From an uncultured delta proteobacterium (GTDB lineage Bacteria > Desulfobacterota > Binatia > UBA9968), in NCBI GenBank assembly GCA_963804165.1, contig CAWDPO010000014.1, positions 32,001 to 96,000 of the forward strand: a stretch of DNA of 64,000 bases, read 5' to 3'. Made by a program: the position numbers and the translations under genes. Each line of letters starts with the position of its first letter. The first letter of the stretch is position 1. Under the pieces are notes generated by a model that was not told where the DNA came from, did not search any database, and worked only from the letters and a program-made list of their open reading frames with translations. This document shows, one piece after another, positions 50,968-61,752 of the stretch.

Positions 50968-52164
50968 ATGCGGGGTTTTGCCAATTGCTGGCGAAAATTT
51001 TGTTCTTTGCCGCGAGGCCTGTCTTTCCTATACCCTCGCCCCTTGCGGGAGAGGGCAAGGGTGAGGGGAATTCAAGATTGGGGAGCACCCCCACCTCAGT
51101 CCTCCCCCGTCAAGGGGGAGGAGGTTGAGCGGGGATTCGGACTCGCGTGTGTCCTCATGACAATTAGCCTAATGGGAAGCTGGCTGGGCCAGGTTTATGC
51201 GGCCGACAGTCCGCTCACCGTTCTTTCCTATCCGGATCGACCGGCGAAGTTGCCGCTCTGGCTTGCGCAGGACGCCGGGCTATTCGAGAAATATGGATTG
51301 AAAGTCGACATCAAGGCGCCTAAATCCGGCGAAGATCTGGTCGAGCGGATCGCTCGCGACGAAGCGCAGATTTACGTCGCCACTGCGAACTGGATCGTTT
51401 CCGGCATCGGTGACGGCAAGGATTTAGTTTTCTTCGCCAATACCGGTTATAGCGTGCTGAAGCTTGTCGCCCGGCCGGACATTACTCGAGCGCAAGATTT
51501 GAAAGGAAAAAAGGTCGGCACCGGCGAGCCGAACAGCAGCCAGGATCGGATCACGCGGCAGACATTGCAACGACTTGGCTTGAACCCCGACCGGGATGTG
51601 ACTCTCGTTCCCTTCGGCAGCCGGAGCATCCAGCGCTTGAATGCGCTGCTCAAGGGCGAGATCGACGCGACGACGAGCAACGAAGATAATTTATTCGAGC
51701 TGGAGCGGCGCGGAGAGATGAATAAAATTCGAGTCCTAGCCGATAACGAGAGCTTGAAACTTTTCATCGGCGCGGGCGTGGACTTCGCCGTGCAGCGCCG
51801 TCTGCTCGCCAAATCGCGCCACGTTGTCAAGGGATTTGTTCAGGCGCTCTCTGAAGCCATCGCGCTGGCGCGGCGCGATCGTTCCCAGGCGGAGCGTATC
51901 TATGGCCGTTATTTAAATGTCAAAGATCCCACGTTGCTGGAATTCATGTACCGGACCTACGTTCACGGCGCGATTCCAGAGCGCCCCTATCCCAAGTTGG
52001 ACAACGTCGCACTCGGCATCGAGGAATTCAGCGCCAAGCCCGGCCTCAAAGGCAAGCGCGCCGAAGACATCACCGATCCAAGTCTGGTCAAGGAGCTCGA
52101 GTCCGAGGGCTTCTTCGATCGGCTGTCCCGCAAACCCGAAGAGCATGGCACCCGAGCTGAATAA
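50968..52164 (+). CDS. ABC transporter substrate-binding protein, NMT1 type (start uncertain)
   Basis: LWLAQDAGLFEKYGL, LKGKKVGTG. Confidence 0.8.
   Translation: MRGFANCWRKFCSLPRGLSFLYPRPLRERARVRGIQDWGAPPPQSSPVKGEEVERGFGLACVLMTISLMGSWLGQVYAADSPLTVLSYPDRPAKLPLWLAQDAGLFEKYGLKVDIKAPKSGEDLVERIARDEAQIYVATANWIVSGIGDGKDLVFFANTGYSVLKLVARPDITRAQDLKGKKVGTGEPNSSQDRITRQTLQRLGLNPDRDVTLVPFGSRSIQRLNALLKGEIDATTSNEDNLFELERRGEMNKIRVLADNESLKLFIGAGVDFAVQRRLLAKSRHVVKGFVQALSEAIALARRDRSQAERIYGRYLNVKDPTLLEFMYRTYVHGAIPERPYPKLDNVALGIEEFSAKPGLKGKRAEDITDPSLVKELESEGFFDRLSRKPEEHGTRAE
51033..51124. repeat. Palindromic repeat doublet (CCCTCGCCCCTTGCGGGAGAGGG type); related copies near 2978-3010 and 16170-16205
   Basis: Two inverted GC-rich hairpin units. 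Confidence 0.7.
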
Positions 52165-52232
52165 GTTGACACTCACGAAGCTTTCTTAGTACCTTCGCGG
52201 CCAATCGATCCTATCTATCTAAGGAGGCGGCT

Positions 52233-53141
52233 ATGCGAACAAAGCTGACTTTGGCTCTCGCAGTATGTGTGGGTTTGATGTCGGCTGCGACTCTCGCGGC
52301 GCAGGAGCTGGCGCCGAACATTCGCAAAATTAAAGATGGCATCTACGTCTACGTCGGCAATAACTTCAACTCCAATTGCGGCATCGTGATCACCCAGGAG
52401 GGCGTGGTGCTGATCGACAGCGGTCACAATCCCACCGATTCTCGCGCCATCCTCGACGCCGTAAAGAAGCTCACGCCGTTGCCCGTGCGTTTTTTGATCG
52501 ACACTGAACCGCATGGCGACCACACGACTGGCCATTTCGTTTTCTCGCCTCCCGCGATCATCGTGGCGCATGATGGGGCAACGGAATCGATGAAAGCGGC
52601 TTTCAATCCGAAGCGAAACGAAAAACTCATGGCCGAGTCGCGGGAAATGCGCGCTGCCTTCGAAGGGTTTCGTCTCGTGTTGCCGCATCTCGAGTACCGA
52701 CAAAAGATGACGCTCAATGTCGGCGAGAGAACTTTCGAGCTGCTCTATTAAAAAGGCGTGCATAGCGAAGCTGACACCGCAGTGTGGCTGCCGGAAGAGC
52801 GCGTGTTGTTTTCGGCGTCTGGCATCGTCGTCGACCAGATCAACATCCTCCGTCCGTTCGTAACCATCCCCGATATTCTGGCGGCCGCCAAGATGATGAA
52901 AGCACTGAACCCGGAGCATGTGATTCCCGGCCACGGCCAACCCGGCACGGTGAAGATATTCGAGGACACGGAGAAATATTACGCGTTGCTCCTGGAACGG
53001 GTTGGCAAGATGGTGAAGGAAGGCAAGTCGCTCGACGAGATCAAGAAAGAGGTCAAGATGCCGGAATACGCTCACTGGGCGAGCAAAGAACGTTTCCCCA
53101 CCAATGTCGAAGCCGCGTACAAAGCGGTGAAGGGGAGTTGA
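52233..53141 (+). CDS. Secreted MBL-fold metallohydrolase (apparent frameshift near 52750)
   Basis: TEPHGDHTTG, HSEAD, PGHG. Confidence 0.8.
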
Positions 53142-53329
53142 CGAGGCGAAGATGTCGGCGCAGGGAGATTACTGAAGCACTCTCTCGGAGTCCTTCGACA
53201 GGTCTCAGGACGAGCGGAAAGAGCTTGATACCGACGAAGAAAGATTTTCCGTTCACGCTGAGGCCCTCGAAGCGTTCCGAGGTTTTTTTCGTAACCCGAT
53301 ACACTGAAGCGTCGGTTGGATAAACAATT

Positions 53330-54254
53330 ATGGAGGTCGTAATGAGAGCTAGACATGTTTGCTCGATATTCGCGGCAATCTGGATCGGATTGTTCCACAC
53401 GCATTTATCAGCTCAAGACCTCGGGCCGCATTTCAAAAAGATCGCGGAAGGGATCTTTGTCCGTGCGGTGAAACCGGCCGATTCCAATGCGGCGATTATC
53501 CTTACCTCCGAAGGCGTGGTGTTGATCGACAGCGGCCACAATCCGCCGGACTCGATCGCGCTTAGCCAAGCGATCAAAAAATTGACGCCGCTGCCGGTGC
53601 GCTACCTGATCAACACCGAGCCGCACAGCGACCACACGACGGGACACTTCGTTTTCTCTCCGCCGGCGCTGATCGTCGCCCATGAGGGCGCGACGGAATC
53701 GATGAAGAAAGCTTACAACCCGAAGCGCAACGAAAAACTGATGGCCGAGTATCCGGAGATGCGTGAGTCGTTCAAGGATTTCAAGATGATCACGCCGCAT
53801 ATCGAATACCGCCAGAAGATGACGCTCCAATCGGGGGAAAGAACCTTTGAACTCTATTACCTTAAAAACGTGCATAGCGAGGCGGATACGGCGATCTGGC
53901 TGCCGAAGGAGCGGGTGCTGTTTTCCGCGGCGGTGGCGGGGATAAAGCGTTTCAGCAATATCCGACCATTCCGTGCAGATCCCCGATATGATCGGCGCCA
54001 TGAAGATGATGAAGGCCCTCAATCCGGAGATCGTCGTGCCGGGTCACGGCGCGCCGGGGACGACGAAGATCTTCGACGACTCGATTCAGTACTATAGCCT
54101 TCTGCTTGAGCGGGTGGGCAAGATGGCGAAAGAAGGCAAGTCCCTGGAGTCCATCAAGAAAGATTTGCGCATGCCCGAGACCGACGACTGGGCGTCCAAA
54201 GATCGCATCGACACGAACATCGAAGCAGCGTATCGCGCGGTGTCGGGGAAGTGA
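53330..54254 (+). CDS. Secreted MBL-fold metallohydrolase paralog (apparent frameshift near 53972)
   Basis: TEPHSDHTTG, HSEAD, PGHG. Confidence 0.8.
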
Positions 54255-54360
54255 TGCGGGAAAGCTTGTTCAAGATCTTGTCTTTTCGAGGAAGGGTTTG
54301 GGCTGAGACACTGATGAAGTCCTACCCGTTGACTTAGCAGTTAGGCCCAAGGAAAGCTCG

Positions 54361-54774
54361 ATGTTCCACGTATTGCTGCTGGTTACCTTTGTCTTGGCGC
54401 TCGCAGTTTCTTATCTCGTGACTCGAGCATTTACGAAGCCTCTCGATAGTATCCTGAACCGAATCATTGCGGACCAGATTAGCGCGGCTTGGCTTAAGTA
54501 TCTCAAGTTCGCCATTATGGTTGTTGGCGTCTCCTCCGGCGTGCGGATTAACGAGCTAGAAAAATACATTACTCCATTCCGTTACGATAAGGAGGCAAGG
54601 ATTGTTGAGCTTACACAGGAGCGCTGGGTACTTGAGGTATATCGCACCGTGATAGAAACGCTGCAAGGCATCGCGTGGATGCTATTGGTGTTCTTCGTAT
54701 TCGCCCTGCTTGCTTACGTCATCGTCCGTATTGGTGAATTAAGGCAGGGTCGGGCCAATCCGAGGTCTCCCTAG
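54361..54774 (+). CDS. Small membrane protein preceded by cassette-like GTTAGGC
   Basis: Three hydrophobic segments; GTTAGGC at 54340-46 lies 14 nt before the ATG. Confidence 0.7.
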   Translation: MFHVLLLVTFVLALAVSYLVTRAFTKPLDSILNRIIADQISAAWLKYLKFAIMVVGVSSGVRINELEKYITPFRYDKEARIVELTQERWVLEVYRTVIETLQGIAWMLLVFFVFALLAYVIVRIGELRQGRANPRSP

Positions 54775-54977
54775 TCCCTCCCTCCAGAGGGCCGATTCGC
54801 AAGCTGTGCTTCCTTGCCAAGCCGCTCCGAAAGAATGAATCCCGCGGTTTTAGCTTCACATTTTATTTGGCGACAACTTCCCTGATCCGCACACCCAAAA
54901 CATTTCCCAAAACATTTCACTTGACCGGTTCATGCCGTTTTAACTAGAATCCAATCGCCGTAGCAGCCAAAAACAAC

Positions 54978-55062
54978 GGAGTAATGGAGCGATGGAGTAT
55001 TGGAGTAAGGGTTTAAAGCCCAACACTCCAGTTCACCAGTACTCCAACACTCCATCACTCCA
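54978..55062. repeat. Octamer (TGGAGTAA/TACTCCAA) inverted tandem array; further copies at 56990-57069, 58997-59076, 61025-61105, 61440-61482 and a half copy at 45955-45982
   Basis: GGAGTAATGGAGCGATGGAGTATTGGAG ... ACTCCAACACTCCATCACTCCAA. Confidence 0.85.
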
Positions 55063-55082
55063 ACTCTCACAGGGAGGTTTCT

Positions 55083-56985
55083 ATGCATAGGCTGGTTAGA
55101 GATTATTTGACTCAGGACCTTTCAAGGCGCGGCTTTTTGAAATCCATGGCCGCGGCCGGCTTCACTGTGGCGGCGGCGCAGTCGGTTTTGGAGAATCTCG
55201 TTCCCGCGGCCCATGCGCAAACTGCCGGGAAGGAATACGTCAAACCGTTTGAGGGAAACGGCGGCGAGCTGTTGGCCGAGCAGTTGTTGCAAACCGGCAT
55301 CGACTACCTCTTTGTCGGCAACGGCTCGGGTCTGGGTTCGCTCTGCGATGCCGTGATCGATCGGCCCAAGCTCAAGTTGGTGCTGGCGACTCATGAAGCT
55401 CACGTCGTGGCGATGGCGAGCGGCTACACGATGGCTACGGGAAATCCCTCGTTCTGCATGTACAGCCGGGTGGGAGCGGCTCACTCCACGGGCAACATTT
55501 ACAATGCCATGAAAGACCACCTGCCGATTGTCGTTGCCGTGGATCGCGCCGATACGACGGAAGACGGTCGGGACGGGCACGAGGATCTTGAGGACATGCT
55601 CGAGCCGATGAAGCAGTACACCAAGTGGCGCTGGGTCGTCAAAGAGGTTGGCCGCACGCCCGAATGGGTCACCAAAGCGTTCAAAGTCTCCGCTACCTTG
55701 CCCTGCGGCCCGACCTATCTCATGTTTCCGCGCGACGTCACCTTCGAGCATAAGGCCAAGGCGAATATTTTTCTGCCGGGCACATTCAACGTGCCGATGA
55801 ACGTCAGGCCCAATGCTAAGAGCGTCGAGAAAACCGCCAAGCTGCTCTTGGAAGCGAAAAGTCCGCTGCTGATGATCGGTCCCGAGGTCTATCAAAGCGG
55901 CGCGCAAAAAGAGGTGGTGGAGTTGGCCGAGCTGCTGAGTCTGCCCGTGTGCGAGCGCGGCCGGTGGTGCCAGGTGTTCCCGAACCAGCACCCGCTCTTT
56001 TTGGGAGCGCTTAGAAGACAAATGCGCTATCCGCAGAATGTCGATCTGTTTCTGAATCTGGGCGCGCTCTTTCCTGACCCGGAAGAGAGCTTCATCGTCG
56101 AGAAGAAAGTTCCCGCGGTGGTGGCCGGCACCGATGTCCGTCATATGGGCGATGCGATGCCGCTAGAAGAGGCGCTGGTGGGAAATCTTAAGGAGACAAC
56201 GCGGGATCTTATCGACGCGCTCAAGAGCATGGCGACGAAGGATCGCATCGACAAGATCGCCAAGCCGAAGATTCGATGAGACCAAGAAATATACCGAGAG
56301 GCTGCGCGCGGGGCGCGAGGCTGCGGCGAAAAAAACATGGGACAATAAACCCATCGAGTGGGACCGTCTGGCGAAAGAGATCGAGGCGGTGGCGGATAAA
56401 GACGCGATCATCGTCGAAGAGTTCGGTTCACAGCGCGGCAAAGTGCCTCGATTATATGAATCTAGGTTACGGCGCCAAGACCCAGTTGGGCCGCACGACG
56501 GGAAGCTGCCTGGGGTGGGGTTTGCCGGCGTGCGGTGGGCGTAAAGCTCGCCAAACCGGATCACCAAGTCTGGGCCCTTCAAGGTGATGGCGGCATGCTG
56601 TTCGGCCAGACCGAGGCGCTGTGGCCAATGCGCCGCCACGAAGCGCCGATCATTACGGTGGTCTTTAACAACCGGAGCTACAACGAGACGCAGAAATCGA
56701 ATGTGGAGCAGGGGCGCGCAGCAGCGCGAGAAAAAGTTGGACATGATCAGTCACTTGGGCAATCCGGATGTGAACTTCGCGAAGATCGCCGAGGCCTACG
56801 ACATCAAGGGCGAGGTCGTTGCCGATCCCAACGACATCGCGCCGGCGCTGAAGCGCGCCATTCAAGCGACGCGCGACGGCAAACCGTATCTGCTCGACGT
56901 TCTCGTCGCGCAGGCCGGGCAGGGCGCGAATCTCAACTGGTATCCAAAGGTGTCGGTGGCGGAGATGAGGACGAAGAAAGCCTAA
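55083..56985 (+). CDS. ThDP-dependent enzyme (benzoylformate decarboxylase/ALS family) with Tat signal; several apparent frameshifts at 56280-56700
   Basis: SRRGFLK...AHA|Q, ATHEAHVVAMA, GDGGMLFGQ...NNRSYN. Confidence 0.8.
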
Positions 56986-57087
56986 AAATTGGAGTAATGG
57001 AGTGATGGAGTATTGGAGTAATGGGTTGGGAGCCCACCACTCCAGCACTCCAAAACTCCAACACCCCAATTCTCTCCGGGAGGTTTT

Positions 57088-58992
57088 ATGCGTGAACTAG
57101 TGATGCGTTATCTCAGTCGCGATTTGTCGCGGCGGTCTTTTCTTACGAGCATGGCCGCGGCCGGGTTCACTCTGACGGCGGCTGAATCGGTGCTCAAGTC
57201 GCTGACTCCGCTCGCCGAGGCGCAAACCGTAGCGCCCGAGGCGGTGAAAATTGTCGAGGGAACCGGAGGAGAGCTTTTAGTCCAGCAGCTGATCGCGGCG
57301 GGCACAAAATATTTCTTTTATTGTAATAGTTCCCCCGCGGGGCCGATTCTGGACGCGCTGGTCGATACACCGGAGATCAAGATCGTCATCGGCACTTCCG
57401 AGAACATCACGATGGCGCTGGCGTGCGGCTACTCGTTGGCGACCGGCCAGCCCAGCGTTGTCAATGTAACGACCGTCGTTGGCACCGCGAGTCTCATGGC
57501 CAATCTGTTCAACGCGCGGCGAGATTACATTCCCGTGATCGTCACGGCGGGCACGCACTATTCGAAAGGAACGGGACGAGACGGCTTTGAAGACATCGAC
57601 GACATCCTTGAGATCACCAAACCGTTCGCGCGCTGGGGTTTTCAAGCAAATTACGCCAGCCGCATGCCGGAGCTGACCCGGATGGCTTTCAAGATGGCGA
57701 CCACGCCGCCGGGAGGTCCCGTCTATCTCGCCTGCCCGCGCGATGTTCTCGATCAGAAGGCTAAAGGCGAAATCATCACGCGGGATAAATTCGATATTCC
57801 GTCGCGGGTCCGGCCCGACAGCCGCGCCGTAGAGAAAGCGGCCCAGCTCCTTCTCGAAGCGAAGGCTCCAGTGCTTGGCGTCGGCCATGAGGTTTGGCGC
57901 ACCGGCGCGATGGACCAGGTCGTTGCGCTGGCTGAAATGCTCGGCTTACCGGCCGTGCAGGTGCTGAGCCCTTACAATGATTTTCCCACGACCCATCCGC
58001 TCTACATGGGCGACGTCGCGGGCCGCTTCAATATACGCCATCCCAAGAACGTCGATGCATTCTTGAACCTGGGTGGCCGCATGCCGTATCAGCAAGGCGA
58101 CGAGCCGAGCATACCGCGAAAGTGGAAGGTGATTCACGCTTCGCTCGACGGCGAAAGCATCGGCAAGGTCTATCCGACGGACGTTGCTTTGCTCGGGGAC
58201 GTGAAGGAAACAACCATGGCGTTGTCAGAGGCGATCAAACAGGGGCTGACTCCGGCGCTCAAGGCTGAGGTGAAAAAGCGCAACGAGGAAACCAAGGCCT
58301 TCACGGATAAATTGAATGATTCGCGGATGCAGTTTGCCCGTCGCGAGTGGGACAACGCGCCCATCAGTTGGGCGCGGATGGGATTCGAGCTGAACGAAGG
58401 ACTCGACAAAGACGCCGTTCTCGTGAACGAATTTGGTTCCTCGAAGGATTCCGTCTTCCGCTGGTTTCGCTGCGCCAAGGATGAAAAAAGCAGCATAGGC
58501 AGAACCATGGGTTCGGCGCTGGGCTGGTCGATGGGCGCGGCTTTAGGAATCAAGCTCGCACTGCCTGACCGGCAGGTTTGCTGCATGGTCGGCGACGGCG
58601 CCGTGATGTTCGGTCAATTTGAATCTCTATGGACGGCCGCCCGCTATGAGATTCCTGTCATCTTCGTCGTCTTCAATAACCGCAGCTACAACGAGACGCG
58701 CGTGCGCCACTTGTCCGGTGGCGGCAAGATGGCGCAGCAGAAAAAAGATCTGGTCAATTACCTCGGCAATCCCGATGTGGCCTTCGCCGACGCCGCCCGA
58801 GCTTTTGGAGTCAAGGCAGAGTCGGTCAAAGCCCCCGGCGACCTAAAGGCCGCGATCAAGCGCGCCGCCGCTGCGGCGCGGGACGGCAAACCGTATCTCT
58901 TGGACGTATTAGTCGAGCGCACTGGAGCTTTGGCCGAGTCCACATGGTATCCAAAGGTGTCGGTTGCGGAGATGAGGACGAAGAAAGTTTAA
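57088..58992 (+). CDS. ThDP-dependent enzyme with Tat signal (paralog 2)
   Basis: SRRSFLT...AEA|Q, GTSEN, GDGAVMFGQ...NNRSYN. Confidence 0.88.
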   Translation: MRELVMRYLSRDLSRRSFLTSMAAAGFTLTAAESVLKSLTPLAEAQTVAPEAVKIVEGTGGELLVQQLIAAGTKYFFYCNSSPAGPILDALVDTPEIKIVIGTSENITMALACGYSLATGQPSVVNVTTVVGTASLMANLFNARRDYIPVIVTAGTHYSKGTGRDGFEDIDDILEITKPFARWGFQANYASRMPELTRMAFKMATTPPGGPVYLACPRDVLDQKAKGEIITRDKFDIPSRVRPDSRAVEKAAQLLLEAKAPVLGVGHEVWRTGAMDQVVALAEMLGLPAVQVLSPYNDFPTTHPLYMGDVAGRFNIRHPKNVDAFLNLGGRMPYQQGDEPSIPRKWKVIHASLDGESIGKVYPTDVALLGDVKETTMALSEAIKQGLTPALKAEVKKRNEETKAFTDKLNDSRMQFARREWDNAPISWARMGFELNEGLDKDAVLVNEFGSSKDSVFRWFRCAKDEKSSIGRTMGSALGWSMGAALGIKLALPDRQVCCMVGDGAVMFGQFESLWTAARYEIPVIFVVFNNRSYNETRVRHLSGGGKMAQQKKDLVNYLGNPDVAFADAARAFGVKAESVKAPGDLKAAIKRAAAAARDGKPYLLDVLVERTGALAESTWYPKVSVAEMRTKKV

Positions 58993-59092
58993 AGACTGGA
59001 GTAATGGAATGGTGGAGTAATGGGGTAATGGGTTGATAACCCAACACTCCAGAACTCCAATACTCCAGCACTCCAATTCCTCGGGAGGTTTT

Positions 59093-61009
59093 ATGCGTGA
59101 ACTAGCGATGCGGTTTTTAAATGGCGACCTTTCGCGACGCGGTTTTTTGAAGGGTCTGGTCGCCACGGGATTCAGCCTGACCGCAGCCCAGTCGGTGGTG
59201 GAGTCGTTCAAGGGCTATGCCGAGGCGCAGGAAATTCCACCGACGATGATCAAGCCGTTTCAAGGCGAGGTGGGCGAGCTGATCGCCGAGTGTCTGCGTG
59301 CGGCCAAGGTCAAGTACATGTTCTTCTGTAACGGCTCGCCGCAGGGGCCGATTCTGGATGCGCTGGTGGACAAGCCGGATATCAACGTCATCATCGCGAC
59401 CGAAGAGGGACAAGCCGTCGCGATGGCGCAGGGATACGAAATCGCCTCCGGTGAGATCCCGTTCGTGGTCACGCAAGCGGTCGGTGTCCCACGCCAGGTG
59501 ACCAATTTGGTGAACGCCTGGAAGGACCGCTCGGGTATGGTCGTCATGACGCCGCGCACGCCACTCGATACCCATGGCCGGGATAGTTTCGAAGACGTGG
59601 AAAATTGGTTGGATTTCGTCAAGCCGGTGACCAAGTGGCGTTGGGACATCGTCAAAGCGAATCGTATCGGCGAGCATATGCGTCACGCCTTTAAGCTCGC
59701 TTCGACGGCGCCCCGGTCGCCGGTCTTTCTGACGGTTCCTGACGATCTCCTGGAGGAAAAAAACGTCAAGGCTTCGGTGATCAGCCAGGACTATTTCACC
59801 GTCCCGGTAAAGGTGAAGGCCGATCCCAAACAGATCGAAGCCGCAGCCAAGATGATCATCGAGGCGAAGAATCCGCTCCTCCTCGCGGGGCATGAGATCA
59901 CGCGGTCAAAGGCGCAAAAGGAGATGCTCGCCTTCGCCGAATTGTTGGGCATTCCGGTCACCCGCGAGCGCGGGCTTTTCCTGGACTTTCCGAGCATGCA
60001 CCCGCTGTTTCTAGGCGATTTCGTCGCCAACATGCGCTTCCCGCGTAACATGGATTTGATTGTAAATATCGGCGGACAATTTCCCCGGATGAGCGAGAAC
60101 GCGGAGGAAGACCCGTTCGTTTTCCTGCCCAAAGGCGTGAAGATCATCCATGCGCGCATCGAGACCGACGATATTGCGCGGCTCTTCCCCACCAGCTTCA
60201 GTATCGCCGCCGACGTCGGCCACACGCTGCGCGATCTCACGGACGCGGTGAAGTCCATGCTCACCCAGGAGCGCATCGAGGCGATTCGAAAACCGCGCCT
60301 GGAGGCGGCGACGAAGTTTACCGCCGCGCTGCGGGAGTCGTGGCGCAAGGCCGCGCAGACCACTTGGAACAGCAATCCGATGTCGTGGGAACGCGTGGTC
60401 TTCGAACTCGACAAGGCGATGGACAAGGATGCGGTGGTGGTCCAGGAAATTGCCGACAACAAGCGGACGGAGCGTTGGATCAGCTATGGCGAAGAAGGCG
60501 GCAGAACGCTCATGGGCCGCACCACGGGGCAATGCCTGGGTTGGGGCGTCGGTGCCGGGCTCGGGGTCAAACTGGCATGGCCCAATCGCCAAGTGGTGAG
60601 CCTGCAGGGCGACGGCGGAATCATGTTCGGCCAGACCGAAGCCTTCTGGAGTTACGCTCGCTATGGGGCGCCGATCATCACGGTGGTCATGAACAACCGG
60701 AGCTACGACGGCGTGCGCCGCAGGCAATTTGCCAAGCAGGGCAAGCAAGCGAAGTTCAACAAGGACATGAGCGCGTACATGGGCAACCCCGATATCGATT
60801 TCTCGAAGATCGGCGAAGCGTACGGCATCAAAGGCAGCTTTGCGCGCGACGCCGGCGAGTTGCAGACCGCGCTCAAACGCGCCATTCAGGCGACCCGCGA
60901 CGGCAAGCCGTACATCATCGATGCGCTGATCGAGCGCACCGGGCCGGGCGCCGACCTGACATGGCATCCGCCGTTCACAGTCGCCGGGATACGGACGAGG
61001 AATGCGTAG
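59093..61009 (+). CDS. ThDP-dependent enzyme with Tat signal (paralog 3)
   Basis: SRRGFLK...AEA|Q, ATEEGQ, GDGGIMFGQ...NNRSYD. Confidence 0.88.
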   Translation: MRELAMRFLNGDLSRRGFLKGLVATGFSLTAAQSVVESFKGYAEAQEIPPTMIKPFQGEVGELIAECLRAAKVKYMFFCNGSPQGPILDALVDKPDINVIIATEEGQAVAMAQGYEIASGEIPFVVTQAVGVPRQVTNLVNAWKDRSGMVVMTPRTPLDTHGRDSFEDVENWLDFVKPVTKWRWDIVKANRIGEHMRHAFKLASTAPRSPVFLTVPDDLLEEKNVKASVISQDYFTVPVKVKADPKQIEAAAKMIIEAKNPLLLAGHEITRSKAQKEMLAFAELLGIPVTRERGLFLDFPSMHPLFLGDFVANMRFPRNMDLIVNIGGQFPRMSENAEEDPFVFLPKGVKIIHARIETDDIARLFPTSFSIAADVGHTLRDLTDAVKSMLTQERIEAIRKPRLEAATKFTAALRESWRKAAQTTWNSNPMSWERVVFELDKAMDKDAVVVQEIADNKRTERWISYGEEGGRTLMGRTTGQCLGWGVGAGLGVKLAWPNRQVVSLQGDGGIMFGQTEAFWSYARYGAPIITVVMNNRSYDGVRRRQFAKQGKQAKFNKDMSAYMGNPDIDFSKIGEAYGIKGSFARDAGELQTALKRAIQATRDGKPYIIDALIERTGPGADLTWHPPFTVAGIRTRNA

Positions 61010-61125
61010 GAGGGTGCAACGAACTGGAGTAATGGAATGATGGAGCGTTGGAGTAATGGGTGGGGAGCCCATCACTCCACTACTCCAATACTCCAGCACT
61101 CCAATTATTGGGAGGAGTCTTTTTC

Positions 61126-61431
61126 ATGCAACGTGGACTTTTTTTGATCTTGTTTTTGGTTTCGATTCTATTTCCGGTGGCGGTTTCGTGGTCGGACAAT
61201 CACTGGAAAAACCTCATGCCGGATGGAGAAGGAAAGCAAGTCACCATGGAGCTTTGCGGCACCTGTCACAATCTGCAAAAAACCGTCGTATCGAGAAAAT
61301 CCGCTCAGGAATGGGAGCGCACGGTTTACGACATGATCCGCCGCGGGGCGCAGATTTTTCCCGACGAAGCCGATCAAATCGTCAAGTACCTGGCGGTGAG
61401 CTTTCCGCCCGGGAAGGCGGTAAACCAGTAG
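61126..61431 (+). CDS. Small periplasmic monoheme cytochrome c
   Basis: Signal peptide, CGTCH, WERTVYDM...IVKYL; GGAGG RBS. Confidence 0.82.
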   Translation: MQRGLFLILFLVSILFPVAVSWSDNHWKNLMPDGEGKQVTMELCGTCHNLQKTVVSRKSAQEWERTVYDMIRRGAQIFPDEADQIVKYLAVSFPPGKAVNQ

Positions 61432-61752
61432 AAAAGAAATTGGAGTGATGGAGTGGCGGAGTAAAGGATTCCAATACTCCAGTTGCCAATCTCTCAGATT
61501 TTCAAATCTTGCCGCAGGAATTTTGCCGCGGTTCGATCTCATTGGGTCAGTTCCCCGCAGCTTGTTGCGTAATGGCTAATACTAAGTCCGTCATTCCCGC
61601 ATGCCTTACGCGGTGGTTCGACATGGCTCACCACAGGCGAAATTCTGATTGGACCTCCGATTAAAACATTCGGGGGTGACGCCCTTAAGACAAATCTCAT
61701 CGCCGATTTCTGATACCCCGCAGCTGCTGCGGGGGTTATTCACTATGGCCGG

